In this document: positions 38,937 to 52,316 of the stretch, piece by piece
Layout of the letters: each line of letters starts with the position of its first letter
Numbering within the stretch: the stretch's first letter is position 1
Assembly (NCBI RefSeq): GCF_963921235.1
Contig: NC_086108.1
Span: 78,308,001 to 78,372,000, forward strand
Reading direction: 5' to 3'
DNA: 64,000 nt
From: Mobula hypostoma
Lineage: Eukaryota
The notes under the pieces: model-generated
What the model was told of the DNA's origin: nothing
Databases searched by the model: none
The model's input: the letters and a program-made list of their open reading frames with translations, nothing else
Program-made: the position numbers and the translations under genes

Positions 38937-40438
38937 AACTTTCATTGAAATATTGCCTATTAACTGAATTGGTGAGCTGGCAAAGCTCTAAAATCCACAG
39001 TATATTTTTAATTGAATATCAAATTTTTCATCCAGTACATCAAGAAATAGATTTGGCATTAGCTAGAGAAAATACTAATTTTTTATCCATTTGTATCTAC
39101 CATTTAATTTTTTAATTCCAGGGATATTAAATAACATTGAGCAGTTAATGTTGTTAACTAGATTTGTTTCTGTGCATAAGCTGAACTGACAAGATAGAGC
39201 TGCTGAAGTTGCAAGTTCAAAACGGAATATTTAACATCTGTGATGGAACACAATTTAGTGACAGTCAAATATGTGAAGAATATAAACATTTACCATATTA
39301 GTGCGTTTTATAATGGCACCACATGGAAATCATAAATTCTGCTGAAGCTTTATTCACATTTGCCACATACATCAATAAGGAAAAGAGTTCAAGTAGCAAC
39401 AAGTCCAGTCTTTGAAAACCAATCTAAAACAAATATATTGCTTCATATTGATCCATAGGATGCTATGTTAAAACTGTATGTTGTTTGAGTTACACTGTAT
39501 TTTGAAGCTATGCTCTGAAATTAGTACTCAATTTTGGTCAGGAAGATTTAAATTTGGCACACATCTTTGAAGAGAGCAAAGAATAACAGTGTCTGGAGAT
39601 AATTATGAGGAAAAAAGTGTGTGATTTTTCAGCTTGAAAGGAAGCAAAATAGTTTTTTTAAAAAGAGTATGTGGTACTAGAAAGATTAGTCAATTACTAC
39701 TGTAAACAAATACAGGAGAGAGATAAATAGGTTAATTCCACCTACCTCAATATTTCTTGAGCCTGGGTAATGTACTGCATTTTGGGAGTAAATTTTTTTC
39801 TACATAGAAATCTATATCCTATTTATTGGTTTGGTAGTTAAAGACAAGATTTGACCAAATACCACATTCAATTAACTGTAATATTGCATGACAGCAGTTT
39901 TCAGGTAAACATAATTAAAAATATTTTGTTTCCTGCTGTTTTCTAAATGATTTCCTGAGTACAAGATGAGAAATGCATTCATGAACTAGCAACAGAATGG
40001 TGACTAGGAATACAAAACTTGGTTGAATGACAGTGCCTGCATGCAATAGCTGTTTCAGAGTCCATTACTGACTTTTTTTTACAACAGTTGCTCTTCTGTT
40101 ACGTTTGGTGTTGGCAAAGCAAAACTTATCATTGGTTGCCCTAACAAGATGGTCTTTCTCCTTGAGCCACTGCAATTTTTTTTTGCTCTGGCATTTCAGC
40201 CATGAGTCAGACAGTTCTGCTGCAGTTTTATAAAACTCTAATTAGGTTGCATCTGGAGTATTGAATACTGTCTGGTCACCCCATTATAGGAAGAATATCA
40301 GGGCTTTGGAGAGGGTGCATAAGAGGTTTACCAGGATGCTGCCTGGATTAGAGGACATGTGCCATCATGAGAGGTTGGACACACGTGGGTTGTTTTCTCT
40401 ACAGCAGGCGAGGCTGAAGGGAGTTCTGATACAGGTTT

Positions 40439-40571
40439 TTAAAACCGCAAACTTCAGGAAATCTGCAGATGCTGGAATTTCAAGCAACACACAGAAAAGT
40501 TGCTGGTGAATGCAGAGGTACAGTTGACGTTTCGGGCCGAGACCCTTTGTCAGCAACTTTTATGTGTGTTG
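40439..40571 (-). mobile_element. 133-bp PLE-derived mini element with hammerhead motif, inserted in a CR1 relic (about 40195-40630)
   Basis: 14-bp TSD tctgatacaggttt at 40425-40438 and 40572-40585; inverted repeat caacacacagaaaagttgctg / cagcaacttttatgtgtgttg. Confidence 0.85.
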
Positions 40572-40639
40572 TCTGATACAGGTTTATAAGATTATGAGAG
40601 GCATAGATAGAGCAGACAGTATCTTTTTCATTTACATTG

Positions 40640-41030
40640 GGGCTCACTATGCCAATGGAAGAGGCCTCAGTGAATAACAGCAGGATTGAGAAAGTGAGAA
40701 CGAGATCACCCAATCTGTATTTGGTTACTCTGGTGTGGTAGGGGCCACACTGTGACACCAAGCCCAGTATCTGGATTGGAAGAAGTACAAGTTAATTACA
40801 GCTTCACCTGGAATCACTGTTTGTGTCCCTGGATGATGGGATGGGGTGGGGGTTTGGTGGGGGGCGGGGAAGATTAAAAAGGTTCATCTCCTCGGGTTGC
40901 ATGGACCAAGGCCTGGTGGCTGGAGGCAGAAGAGTGGACCAAGGTGTTGTGAAGTCTCTGTACAAATTAGGTATTGGGAGGAGACGATATGATGTAACAG
41001 GTCCCAATATTACGTTGGAGATGGGAACAT
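40640..41030 (-). mobile_element. Old Penelope GIY-YIG region relic
   Basis: cttcacctggaatcactgtttgtgtccctggatg matches the PLE at 16040-16075; GPYHTRVTKYRLGD is a decayed LYIGETKRRLGD. Confidence 0.6.
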
Positions 41031-41229
41031 AACAGAGTGAAGAAAAATAAACTTAACTTTTTTGCCAGGTGTATCATTGATTTGGATGAAGGAACAGAGA
41101 TCTGTAAATCCAAGTTGCAAATGCAACTAAGTTAGAAAAAATAGTATTTCCTGAGGCACCACGCAGGGCAAGGCCTTACATGACTAATTCTTTTCTGAAC
41201 TCAGGGCAGGAAACACTAATATTCTAGAG

Positions 41230-42578
41230 CAGGGTTCCCCAATTAGTTTTCCACAAGGGCCAAATTATGTCAAACATGCCAAGCCAAGGGCCAAAATGTC
41301 CAGGTCTTTTTTTCCCATTGTGCCAGTAAGTTGTTTTATGGGCAGATCTTGTTGTTGCTGCTATTGCCATTATTATTATTAGTAGTAGTAGTAGTAGTAG
41401 TAGTAGTAATAATTTAGGCCTGGTATTCTCAAAGCCTTTGTTGTGGGTCACACAAGAAAAAAAATGCACTCTTGAAACAAAATAAGTCCAAGACCAACCA
41501 TTTAATTATGACTCTAGTTATCACAACTGTCAGCTGTCACATTGAGAACTCATCTGGGACTTAAAATGCGCGCGCACGCGCACGCACACACACACTGTAA
41601 ACGTGGTACCTTCACTACTTCTCTTCCACACAAAGAGTTTTAATAGTACTACCTTTTCCACTGTTTCTGTTCTTTCATTTAATCCACTTGTTTTTTTTAA
41701 TTAAGCTATGTAGCATTTAAAGTATGAAGTGTAACTATAAATGAAATTATCAGTATTATTGTTGTTGTAATATTATTATACCACAACAGGATTGACAAAT
41801 GGACAAAAATAAATTGATTCACTCACCATTGTCACTGACAATGGCACCATCTTTAATAGCTCCACAACCGTTTTCTTGGTTTTCTCATCATGACTTAAAA
41901 CTTCGCCAACCATATCAATTGCACACGTTTTAATCAACTCGGCATCAGCGAATGGCTTCTTAGCTTTGGCAAGATTTCAAGACACCTGCAATGACGCATC
42001 TGTTGCGCTCTCTTGTGCAGATGTTGACTTACAGATAGTAGAAATGGAGTGCTTGTATGATGTTATCATATTTGCAATTTTTTGTTTGCGTTGATCTGAT
42101 TTTGCAGGTAGATGACATTAAAACTGGCAGCATGCACAGTGTTGAAGTGCCGTTTTAGATTTTCTGATTTGCAGACAGCTACGGACTGCGTGCATATTAA
42201 GCATGTCGGTTTAGCATTGGCATGGTCCGGTAAAATAAAACAAACTGATCAGTCCAGTCAGATTTGAACTGACGGTTTTCCTGGTTGACTTTGCGCTTAT
42301 TCGCGCAGGCCATGTTGTTCTTGGTTTAGGGTCTGTGACTTACTGCTGGTAACAATTCGCTTAGATGACAGGCGGGTAGCTGGTGCGTGCCACTGTCTAG
42401 TTGAGGACCATAGAGAGTGCACAATAGGTCGCGCGTTCTACGGGGACGTAGGTCAAGTGTACGGTGTGGGATGAGGTTAAAATAAATCAGAGCAGTGCAC
42501 GTTTTATTTACATGTTATGACAGGTGCGTTCACTTAAGTGCCAATGGGTCAGCACGGTCCGCCTATTGGGGTTGTCTG
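41230..42578 (-). mobile_element. hAT (Charlie/SPIN-like) internally deleted DNA transposon
   Basis: 8-bp TSD ttctagag (41222-41229, 42579-42586); imperfect TIRs CAGGGTTCCCCAA / CAGACAACCCCAA; frameshifted transposase from ATG 42313: MACANKRKVNQENRQFKSDW...PTCLIC...NLKRHFNTVH (BED finger). Confidence 0.9.
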
Positions 42579-42967
42579 TTCTAGAGCATATCAGCATACT
42601 GAAGGAGGAGTTGCTGGAAGTCTTATATTGTATTTTCTTCAGCCACAGGTGAGGTACTGGAAGACTGAAGCATAGTTAATGTTGTGCCTTTCTTTAAGAA
42701 GGGCATTATGAATAAGCAAGGTAATTACAAATAGTGAGCCTTGCATCAGCAATGGGAAAGTCATTAGAAAGGACTGTGAGGGGCAGGATTTATCTGCATT
42801 TGATAAAATAGGTATTGATAAAGAATAGTTGGAATGGCTTTGTTCATGGGAGATCATGACCCGTGAATGTGATTGAGTTTTTTTTTGAGTAGTTTAGTTG
42901 ACCAAGAATTTTGATGAGGGCAGGGAAGCTGGCGTTCTTTACATCAGATTCAACGGAAGGATGTCAT

Positions 42968-44606
42968 AGAAACATAGAAAACCTACAGCACAATACAGGC
43001 CTATCAACCCACAAAGCTGTGCCGAACATGTCCCTACCTTAGAAATTACTAGGGTTACCCATAGCCCTCTATTTTTCTAAGCTCCATGTACCTATCCAAA
43101 AGTCTGTTAGAAGACCCGATCATATCCACCTCCACCACCGTTGCCGGCAGCCCATTCCACACACTCACCACTCCCTGCGTAAACAACTTCCCCCTGACAT
43201 CTCCTCTGTACCTACTCCCAAGCACAAACCTGTGCCCTCTTGTGGCAGCCATTTCAGCCCTGGGAAAAAGCCTCTGACTATCAACACAATCAATGCCTCT
43301 CATCATCTTATACATCTCTATCAGGTCACTTCTCATCCTCCATTGCTCCAAGGAGAAAAGGCCAAGTTCACTCAACCTGTTTTCATAAGGCATGCTCCCC
43401 CAGTCCAGGCAACATCCTTGTAAATCTCCTCTGCACCCTTTCTATGTTTTCCACATCCTTCCTGCAGTGAGGCGACCAGAACTGAGCATAGTACTCCAAG
43501 TGGAGTTTGCAGTGTCTTATATAGCTGCAACACTACCTCTCGGTTCCTAAGTTCAATTCCATGATTAATGAAGGCCAATATACCGTATGCCTTCTTAACC
43601 ACAACGTCAACCTGCGCAGCTGCTTTGAGCGTCCTATGGACTCGGACCCCAAGATCCCTCTGATCCTCCACACTGCCAAGAGTCTTACCATTAGTACTAT
43701 ATTCTGCCATCATATTTGACCTACCAAAATGAACCACTTCACACTTACCTGGGTTGAACTCCATCTGCCACTTCTCAGCTCAGTTTTGCATCCTATCAAT
43801 GTCCTGCTGTAACCTCTGACAGCCCTCCACACTATCCACAACACCCCCAACCTTAGTGTCATCAGCAAACTTACTAACCCATCCCTCCACTTCCTCATCC
43901 AAGTCATGTATAAAAATCACAAAGAGTAAGGGTCCCAGAACAGATCTTTGAGGCACACCACTAGTCACTGACCTCCATGTAGAATATGACCCGTCTACAA
44001 CCACTCTTTGCCTTCTGCGGGCAAGCCGGTTCTGGATCCACAAAGCAATGTCCCCTTGAATCCCATGCCTCCTTACTTTCTCAATAAGCCTTGCATGGGG
44101 TAGTTTATCAAATGCCTTGCTGAAATCCATATACACTACATCTATTGTTCTTCCTTCATCAATATGTTTAGTCACATCCTCAAAAAATTCAATCAGGCTC
44201 GTAAGGCACGACCTGCCCTTGACAAAGCCATGCTGACTATTCCTAATCATATTATACTTCTCCAAATGTTCATAAATCTTGCCTCTCAGGATCTTCTCCA
44301 TCATATGACCAACCACTGAAGTAAGACTCAGTGGTCTATAATTCCTGGGCTATCTCTACTCCCTTTCTTGAATAAGGGAACAACATCCACAACCCCCCAA
44401 TCCTCTGGAACCTCTCCTGTACCCATTGATGATGCAAAGGTCATCGCCAGAGGCTCAGCAACCTCCTCCCTCACCTCCCATAGGGGCCTGGGGTACATCT
44501 CATCCAGTCTCAGCGACTTATCCAACTTGATGCTTTCCAAAGGCTCCAGTACATCCTCCTTCTTAATATCTACATGCTCAAGCTTTTCAGTCTGCTGCAA
44601 GTCATC
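42968..44606 (-). mobile_element. CR1 family A, 5'-truncated, nested in an older plus-strand CR1 (resumes 44607-45150)
   Basis: [28 protein letters not shown]; 7-bp TSD atgtcat (42961-42967, 44607-44613). Confidence 0.93.
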
Positions 44607-45999
44607 ATGTCATGCTGAAACTTTATAAGGCATTGGTCAGATTGCACTTGGAGTATCACAAGCAGTTTTGGGCCACTTATCTAAGAACATATAACAAGCT
44701 TTTGATGGCGCTGGGCCTGTACTCACTGGAGTTTAGAAGAATAAGGGAGGATCTCATTGAGAACCATCAAACACTGAAAGGCCTAGATAGAATGGATGTG
44801 GAGAGAATATTTCCTATACTGGGGGGGGGGGGGAGCAGTTTACGACCTGAGGGCACAGCTTCAGAATAGAGGGATGTCTATTTAGAACAGAGATGAGAAG
44901 GAAATGCTTTAACCAGAGAGCGATGAATCTGTGGAATTCATTGCCACAGATGTCTATAAAGGCCAAGTCATTGGACATATTTAAAGTAAAGGTTGATAGG
45001 ATCTTCATTAGTCAAGATGCCAAAGGTTATGAGGAGAAAACAGAATAGGTTTGCAAGGGATAATAAATCAGCCATGGTGGAATGGCGGAACTGACTCAGT
45101 GAAGCAGATGGCCTAATTCTGCTCCTACGTATTATAGTCTTATGGTCTATCTAGGCCTTTCAATATTGGATAGGTTTCAATGAGAAGAAACCCCTCATTC
45201 TTCAAAACTCCAGTGAGTGCAGATAGATATATCCTGATCTCTGACTAGATGTAATCATGGAATTTAATAAAGAAATTGAAAGAATTAATACTTACCTATT
45301 TGAAATTTCCCCTGTTAGAAACTCAGAACTTAAAAAAAAGGTAGGTTCCTGCCTCCTAAGAAATGGAGTCAGACTCAAACACATTGTTCACGTGAATATA
45401 CACCATTGGCTGGATAGACCCAATTCCAAATGCAAAGGGATCCTTTGAAGTCTCTATTGCTTGCAGCTCCACTGTGGTCTTTTAGAGGTTCATAATTTTA
45501 AAAAATCAACATCAACCAGTTTACTACTCAATTAATGGACTTTACAGTCCAATATTTAAATCAACTGTTCAAGGCACAAGATTGGAAAGTACTACAGTTA
45601 ATCCTATAAATTCATCCTTTGAATGAACAGGAGTACTATAATCCTCCCATAAGCATACAAAATGGGATTACTTATCAGTCTAAGGCATCTACAGAAAACA
45701 TCAAGAACTGCAAAACAAAGGGTATCACAGAACTTAGCTGTTGACTAGAAAGTAAATGCAACTCAACAGTACATATACTGGACTAACCTTCTTAAAATTA
45801 CCTCATCTTAATAACATCCCCAAATCCTCCCCATCTTAGTAACAGTCCCAAAGTCCCTAAGTCATCAAGACCTTCTACAGTTAGAATCCTGACTGGCTGT
45901 ATCACCGCTTGGTACGGGAACTGCACCAACCTTGATCGCTGGGCACTGCAGAGAGTGGTATGGACAGTCCAGTGCATCTGTGGTTGTGAATTTATTACC

Positions 46000-48340
46000 A
46001 CAAATAAATTAACAAATAATAAAGTGCATATACAAGTTAAAAAGTAAACAGTATAACACTACTGGGACTTCAATATTGTATGATGAAATTCATATGTGGT
46101 GACAGGGGATTCAGTAGTCTCATGGCCTACTGTTTCCCATCCTATTAGCTATTGTCCGAAAGCTACAGTACCTCCTGCCTTATGGTAGAGTGTCAAAGAG
46201 ACTGTTGGATGGATGGGAGGGATTATTGACAATGCTAGGGGCCTTGCATGTACAGTGCTCCTGATAATTCTCTCTCATGGATAGAAGAGAGATACTGTTA
46301 GCAGTTCTCGCAATCCTTTGTAGGGACTTCCCATACCAGACGGTAATGCAGCTAGTCAGGACCAGCTCAATGGTGTTCCTGTACAAATTGGTTAAAATGG
46401 GAGGAGGGGAGCCTCACTCACCTCAATCTCCTCAGGAAGTGGATATGCTGCTGTGCTTTCTTGACCAAAGAGGCGGTGTTGAAGGACAAGACAAGACCAT
46501 CCATTTTGTGCTCCCAGGAAACTTGGTGCTCTAACTCTCTCCATGGAGGAGCTGTGTATGTGCAATGAGGAGTGGTCAGCCTGCACCCTCCTAAAATCCA
46601 CAATCATCTCTTCGGTCTTCTCCAAGTTGAGACCCAAGTTGTGTGCTCGCACTATTCTACCAGCTGCTCTACCTCCTCTCTGTACACCTTCCTGTTGGCA
46701 TCAGTGAACTTAATGATTCGGTTTGAACTGGATCTGGCAATGTAGTCATGTGTCAGCAATGTGAACATAAGAAATAGGAGTAGGAGTAGGCCATCCAGCC
46801 CATCGAGCCTGCCCCGCCATTCAATAAGATCATGGCTGATCTATCCGTAAGCTCAGCTCCATCTACCTGCCTTTTCCCCATAACCCTTAATTCCCCTACT
46901 TAAATATATCTTAAATATACTTAGTGAAGAAGCCTCAACTCCTTCCCTGGGCAGACAGTTCCACAGATTCACCACTCTCTGGGAAAAACAGTTTCTCCTC
47001 ATCTCCGTCCTAAATCTTCTCCCTTGAATCTTGAGGCAATGTCCCCGAATTCTATTCTACCAATGTAAACAACTTTCCTACTTCTATCTCATCTATCCCT
47101 TTCAAAATTTTGTATGTTTCTATAAGATCTCCTCTCATCCTTCTGAATTCCAAAGCGTATAGTCCCGGGCGACTCAATCGCTCCCCATAGGTTAACCCCT
47201 TCATCTCTGGAATCAACTTGGTGAACCTCCTCTGCACTGCCTCCAAAGTCTTCCTCAAGTATGGAGACTAGATGTACACACAGTACTCCAGGTGCGGCCT
47301 CACCAGTACCCTGTATAGTTGCAGCATGACCTCCCAGCTCTTGAATTCAATCCCTCTAGCAATGACGGCCAACATTCCATTTGCCTTCTTAATAACCTGC
47401 AGTACCTGCAAGCCAATTTTTTGCAATTCATGAACAAGCAGTCCCAAGTCCCTCTGCACACAACAGTATGCTGCAATCTTTCACCATTTAAATAATAATC
47501 TGCTCTTCTATTATTCCTTCCAAAGTGGATGATCTCGCATTTACCAATGTTGTGTTCCACCTGCCAGACCTTGGCCCACTCACTTAACCTATCTATATCC
47601 CTCGGCAGACTCTCCACATCCTCTGTACAATTTGCTTTTCCACTCAGTTTAGTGTCATCAGCAAATTTTGCTATGCCACACTCAGTCCCCTCTTCCAAAT
47701 CATCAATGTAAATGGTAAACAGCTGCAAGCCCAGCACCGACCCCTGCAGCACCCCACTCACCACCGACTGCCAACCGGAGAAACACTCATTTATACCAAC
47801 TCTCTGACTTCTATTGGTTAACCAATCCACTATCCATGCCAATACATTTCCTCCTACTCCGTACATTTGTATTTAATTTATAAGTGAACAGCAGCAGGCT
47901 GAGGACATAGCCCTGGGGAGCACTGGTGCTCATCGCTATTGAGCAAAAGATATTTCTGCCAATACGGACTGACAGTGGCCTTTCTGTCAAAAAGTCCAGG
48001 ATCCAGTCACGGAGAGGGGTATTGTGACCCAATGAGGACAGTGTACCCACCGGATTCTGAGGGATGATCATATTAAATGCCCATATGAAGTCAATAAACA
48101 ACATTCTGGCATGTGAGGCAACACTTGCAGAGGCTATGGCATAATTAGTGGACCGATTTGAGCAATAAACAAACTGGAAAGGGTCCAATGAAATGAGAAA
48201 ATGGGACTTAATGCAATTCATAACCAGCTTCTCAAAACACTTCATTATTATTGAGGTCAGTGCCACTGGACAGTAGTCATTGTGGCAGGTTACTGTCACC
48301 CTCTTGGGCACCTGGATGATGGTGGTTCTTTGAAGCCTGG
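46000..48340 (-). mobile_element. Rex1/Babar RT relic split by a CR1 insertion
   Basis: DYCPVALTSIIMKCFEKLV...LDPFQF...APQGYVLSLLLFT; HNLGLNLEKTEEMIVDFRR; SCITVWYG. Confidence 0.85.
46768..47883 (-). mobile_element. CR1 RT and 3' end nested in Rex1
   Basis: SGVLQGSVLGLQLFTIYIDDL...KFADD; 7-bp TSD gtgaaca (46761-46767, 47884-47890). Confidence 0.92.
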
Positions 48341-48699
48341 GGGCATCTTGATTGGAAAGGACCAGTTAGACCAAAGAGTGTTTCGATGCTGCCTAACTCT
48401 ATGAACCTTGTCTTGCAGCTGAAGATTTGAACATATACCCAAGATGGATGGACTTACTTAAAAGTGTACTACTGTATTTGATTCATATTATTCATCTCAT
48501 TCTTTGCTAAATTTTCTTCTACCACACATATAACAGTCTTCCTGGTCTGCTAATATTATATTCTCCATTTATTGCATTTCTGAAAACATTGATATTATTT
48601 TCAAGTCTAGATTGCATGTACTTAGAAATAAATTCTGAATACAAAATCTAAATGTTCATGGAGTCAAGTTGGACCTGCATTTTATAGTTAGACAACATA

Positions 48700-49380
48700 C
48701 AATGCCTATAAAAAGTATTCAACCCCTTGGAATTTTTCATGCTTTATTGTTTTACTACATGAATCACACTGGATTTAATTTGGCTTTTTTGACTATTTTG
48801 TGTCAAAGTGTAAACAAATTTTTACAAATTAGTCTAAATTTACAATGATTATTAAAGAAAATAATTGATTTTGTCATCACCCCCTTCAAATCAGTATTTA
48901 GTATATGCACCTTTGGCAGCAATTACAGCCTTGAGTCTGAGTGGATAAGTCTCTATCAACTTTGCAGATCTGGACACTGCATTTTTTTCCGATTCCTTTT
49001 TTTACAAACCTGCTCAAGCTGTCAGATTGTACGGGGATTGTGAGTGAACAGCCCTTATAAAGTCCAGCCACAAATTCTCAATTGGATTGAGGTCTGGATA
49101 CTCTAGGACATTATTTTGTTATCCTTAAGCCATTCCTGTGTAGCTTTGGCTTTATGCTTGGAGTTACTGTCTTCCTGGAAAACAAATCTTTCCCAAGTTG
49201 CAGTTCTCTTGCAGACTGCATCAGGTTTTCCTCCGGAATTTTGCTGCATTCATTTTACCCTCTACCTTCACAAGCCTTCCAGGGCCTGCTGCATTGAAGC
49301 ACCCCCACGGCATGATGCAGTCATCACCATACATCACGGTAGGGATAGTGTGTTTTTGATGATGTGCGGTGTTTGGCTTA
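48700..49380 (-). mobile_element. Tc1-like transposon relic (one terminus plus transposase 3' part)
   Basis: TA followed by caatgcctataaaaagtattcaaccccttgg, a typical fish Tc1 TIR; tctcaattggattgaggtctgga is the reverse of the SPDLNPIEN motif. Confidence 0.8.
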
Positions 49381-50039
49381 CAGTTATGTGATAAAAAAAA
49401 TATTGGTCTGCAGGGGTGAGGAATGGATATAAAAATTGAAGATGCAACATGAGGTATAATCCATTTGTGGAGCTGGGTGAAAGCATATTATCTGCTTTGA
49501 TTGAAGGAGAGGAATCTAGTAAGGAATTATTTTTGTTCCTTCTGCCCTATGAAGTACTGGAAAGACACTTAGCTACAGGGTCTAGCCTTCCAGCTCCAAT
49601 ACCTCACTACTTACTTCTTGGAGAAACTGTAAATCAATGCCGGAAATGATAAATTCAAATACAATATTCTTTGCAAAGACCCTAACTTGAGAAAAGTAGG
49701 TTATTTACAACAATTGGAGCCAGGTTGTGATCATGATATTCAGATACAGATTTATTTATCACGAGCACATTGAAACACACAGTGAAATGTGTTTTTTGCA
49801 TTAACAACCAATATACTCAAGGATGCACTAGGAGAGCCCACAAATATGGCCCATGTTCCAGCCCCAATATAACATGCCCACAAGGTTCTGCAGAACACCA
49901 ATGGCAGCAACAACAGAAGCAAAACAAATCCTTCGCTCAACCTCCCACCCACCCACCCACCCACTTACACACATAGACAAGCTTCCAACCCCAGGACAGA
50001 CTACCTCAAGGCCTCCAGTCCTTGACCCAGATATAAGTA

Positions 50040-51051
50040 CAGTGGATTCCACTGAATTGGGCCATTGGTTAATTGGACAGCCAATTATTTTGGAAAACTA
50101 TTAAAGAAGGAAAAAACTAATCAAGAAAATAGCCAGGATTCCCTTTGTTTATTTGGGACACTATGCCTCTTAATTAGGACAGGAGAATATTGCCAAAGTT
50201 TCTAACTAGCATCAATCGCATGCACTTGAGTGGCTGTTAAACACTGCACCGCACTCAGAGTGAACAGTTTTAAAATAGCATCAGTTGTGAGTGTTTGTGT
50301 TCAAACAAGCAGTGATTTTTGTCACTGATAGTTGGTGAGAAATAAGCAGTAAGACAACTTGGAACTGATTTGCTCACAGCGATTTTAAGCAATCAGGCTT
50401 AGAGATACAAGAAGCCTCCAGGAGTGAGAATGAAATGATTTCACTACTTCAACAAGTTAGGAGTTACAAAGAACTTGAATGTACTGACAATCATTCTGAA
50501 TATTACAATGAAAACAAAAATTTGGAGGCTGCATTTGTCAAAAACATTGTATGAAGACAGTCCATTATCTCCGCTAGCTACATGCACTGGTTTTGTTTAT
50601 TTATAGTCAATCATAAGAACATGACAGTGTACAGCAGATGAATTCATCCATCGATTTCATCCATTGGGATCTACCATTTTATAGTACTGTAGTAGTATTG
50701 GTTGTGTTCTAATTTGTTCAGTATTTCATTTAAATACATAATTTCTTACTCAGTTAAACAGTAGTTACGCCTTTTTTAAATACCTTTTTAACTATAGTGG
50801 ATTCTGGTTAATTGGAGCACGAGGACCAGTACATTTTCGCCCAATTAAGTGACATTGGGTCCCAAATGAATGAAGGGAATCCTGTCTATTTTCTCGATTT
50901 GTTCTTGTTTTTTAAGAGTTGTCCCAAATAAGTGGCTGCCCCAATTAACCAGAGTTCACAGTATTTCCATGAAACCAGTAATTAGGGCAGCTGCTTTAAT
51001 TGGGCCTAAATGTATTGGTCCTGATGTGTTCCAATTAACCAGAATCCATTC
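50040..51051. mobile_element. Tigger/pogo-like non-autonomous element with a nested same-family MITE (50795-50961)
   Basis: TA-flanked ends cagtggattcc and ccaattaaccagaatccattc; inner TA-flanked tagtggattctggttaattgg...ccaattaaccagagttcacag. Confidence 0.7.
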
Positions 51052-51289
51052 TACTGGCCATTTTAGTTACCCATTTCCTCTCACTACAACCCTTTGTGAG
51101 ATAAATAGTGGCCAAATAGTTGCTCCTGCCTTTAAGATCCAAAAGAAAAATGATAACTTTCAGAGGTCACAGTGCAGCAGTCCCTTAGATTGAATAGTCA
51201 TTTGCATTCAAATTTCTTAAGCTTTTAGTTTTATGATTTTCAACAGCAGAAATTAACTTCTGATAAATGTATACACAATAAATCCATAT

Positions 51290-51920
51290 TTTCTGGCAAG
51301 CCATGTAATATGTCATGGTGATCTTTATTGCGGAGTGTAAGATTAAAAAGTTTTTATTACAGTTGTACAGCTGTTGGTAGCATCACTCATGGAATACTGT
51401 ACGGAGTTTTGGTCTTCTTTATTAAGGGGATATAATTCCATTGGTGGCAGTGCAAACAAGATTCATCTGGTTAATTTCTGTGATGAAAGCGTCATCCTAT
51501 CAAGAAACACTAGACAGATTGAGTCTATATTCCTTAAGAGTTTGAAAGAATAAGAGGTGATTTTAATCAGACAGAAAAATCCCAAGAGGACTTGACAGAT
51601 TTTGAGATGTTTTCATTCATGGGAGAGTCAGAAACAAAAGGGCATAGCTAAAATAAAAGGCTGGTCATGTAAAACGGAAATCATAGAAATTCTTACCCCT
51701 CAGAGGGGAGTGGACCTCTAGATTTCTCTTCCCCAAGGATGATGGAGGCCAGTTGATTAGATATATTTCAGGTGGAGATAGGTAAATATTTGAAGAATCA
51801 TGGAATTGAGATCTTTGAAGAATTAGTACAGAAGAGGAGTTGAAGCGCAGCATAGATCAGCTGTGATCATACGCAATGGGTGACAGGCGTAAGGGGCCTG
51901 TGGCCTATTCCTCCTCCCAT
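51290..51920 (+). mobile_element. Old CR1 3' fragment
   Basis: ggaatactgtacggagttttggtct; ggcctgtggcctattcctcctcc. Confidence 0.7.
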
Positions 51921-52261
51921 CCTCTTGGTTCTTATTTGTTATTTTCAGGTCCTGCCTTGTGAAGTGAGGTGCAGGGTACTGGGCTTGGAAAGTAGTACTG
52001 GAAGGCAAATAGTCACACCACATTTGAAGGTAATTGATGGCACACACACATCCAAACACTTCAGTGAAAACTTATCTTTAAATTTATGGATTTTATGCAG
52101 AAAATTCCATTTCAAAATTCCAATGAAATATAAATGGGACTGCATTCAGATATATAAAATATTTGTGAACAAGATTTCAGAGGTGAACTTGGGGGCCAAA
52201 TATCAGAACCGTAAAGCAAGTAAATAATGAATTGCACCAGATGATTTCAAAAACTCTTTAC

Positions 52262-52316
52262 CTGTAAGAACTGGATGTATTTCTCCAACATTTTAGATTC
52301 TTCTTGTAAAATAGAT
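52262..52316 (-). CDS. ccdc24: CCDC24-like internal coding exon (55 bp), SILQEESKMLEKYIQFLQ
   Basis: Acceptor ttttctacAG and donor CAG|GTaaag; peptide aligns with recalled human CCDC24 RGLLEEECHTLEREILILQ; ends in phase 0, matching the next exon. Confidence 0.85.
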
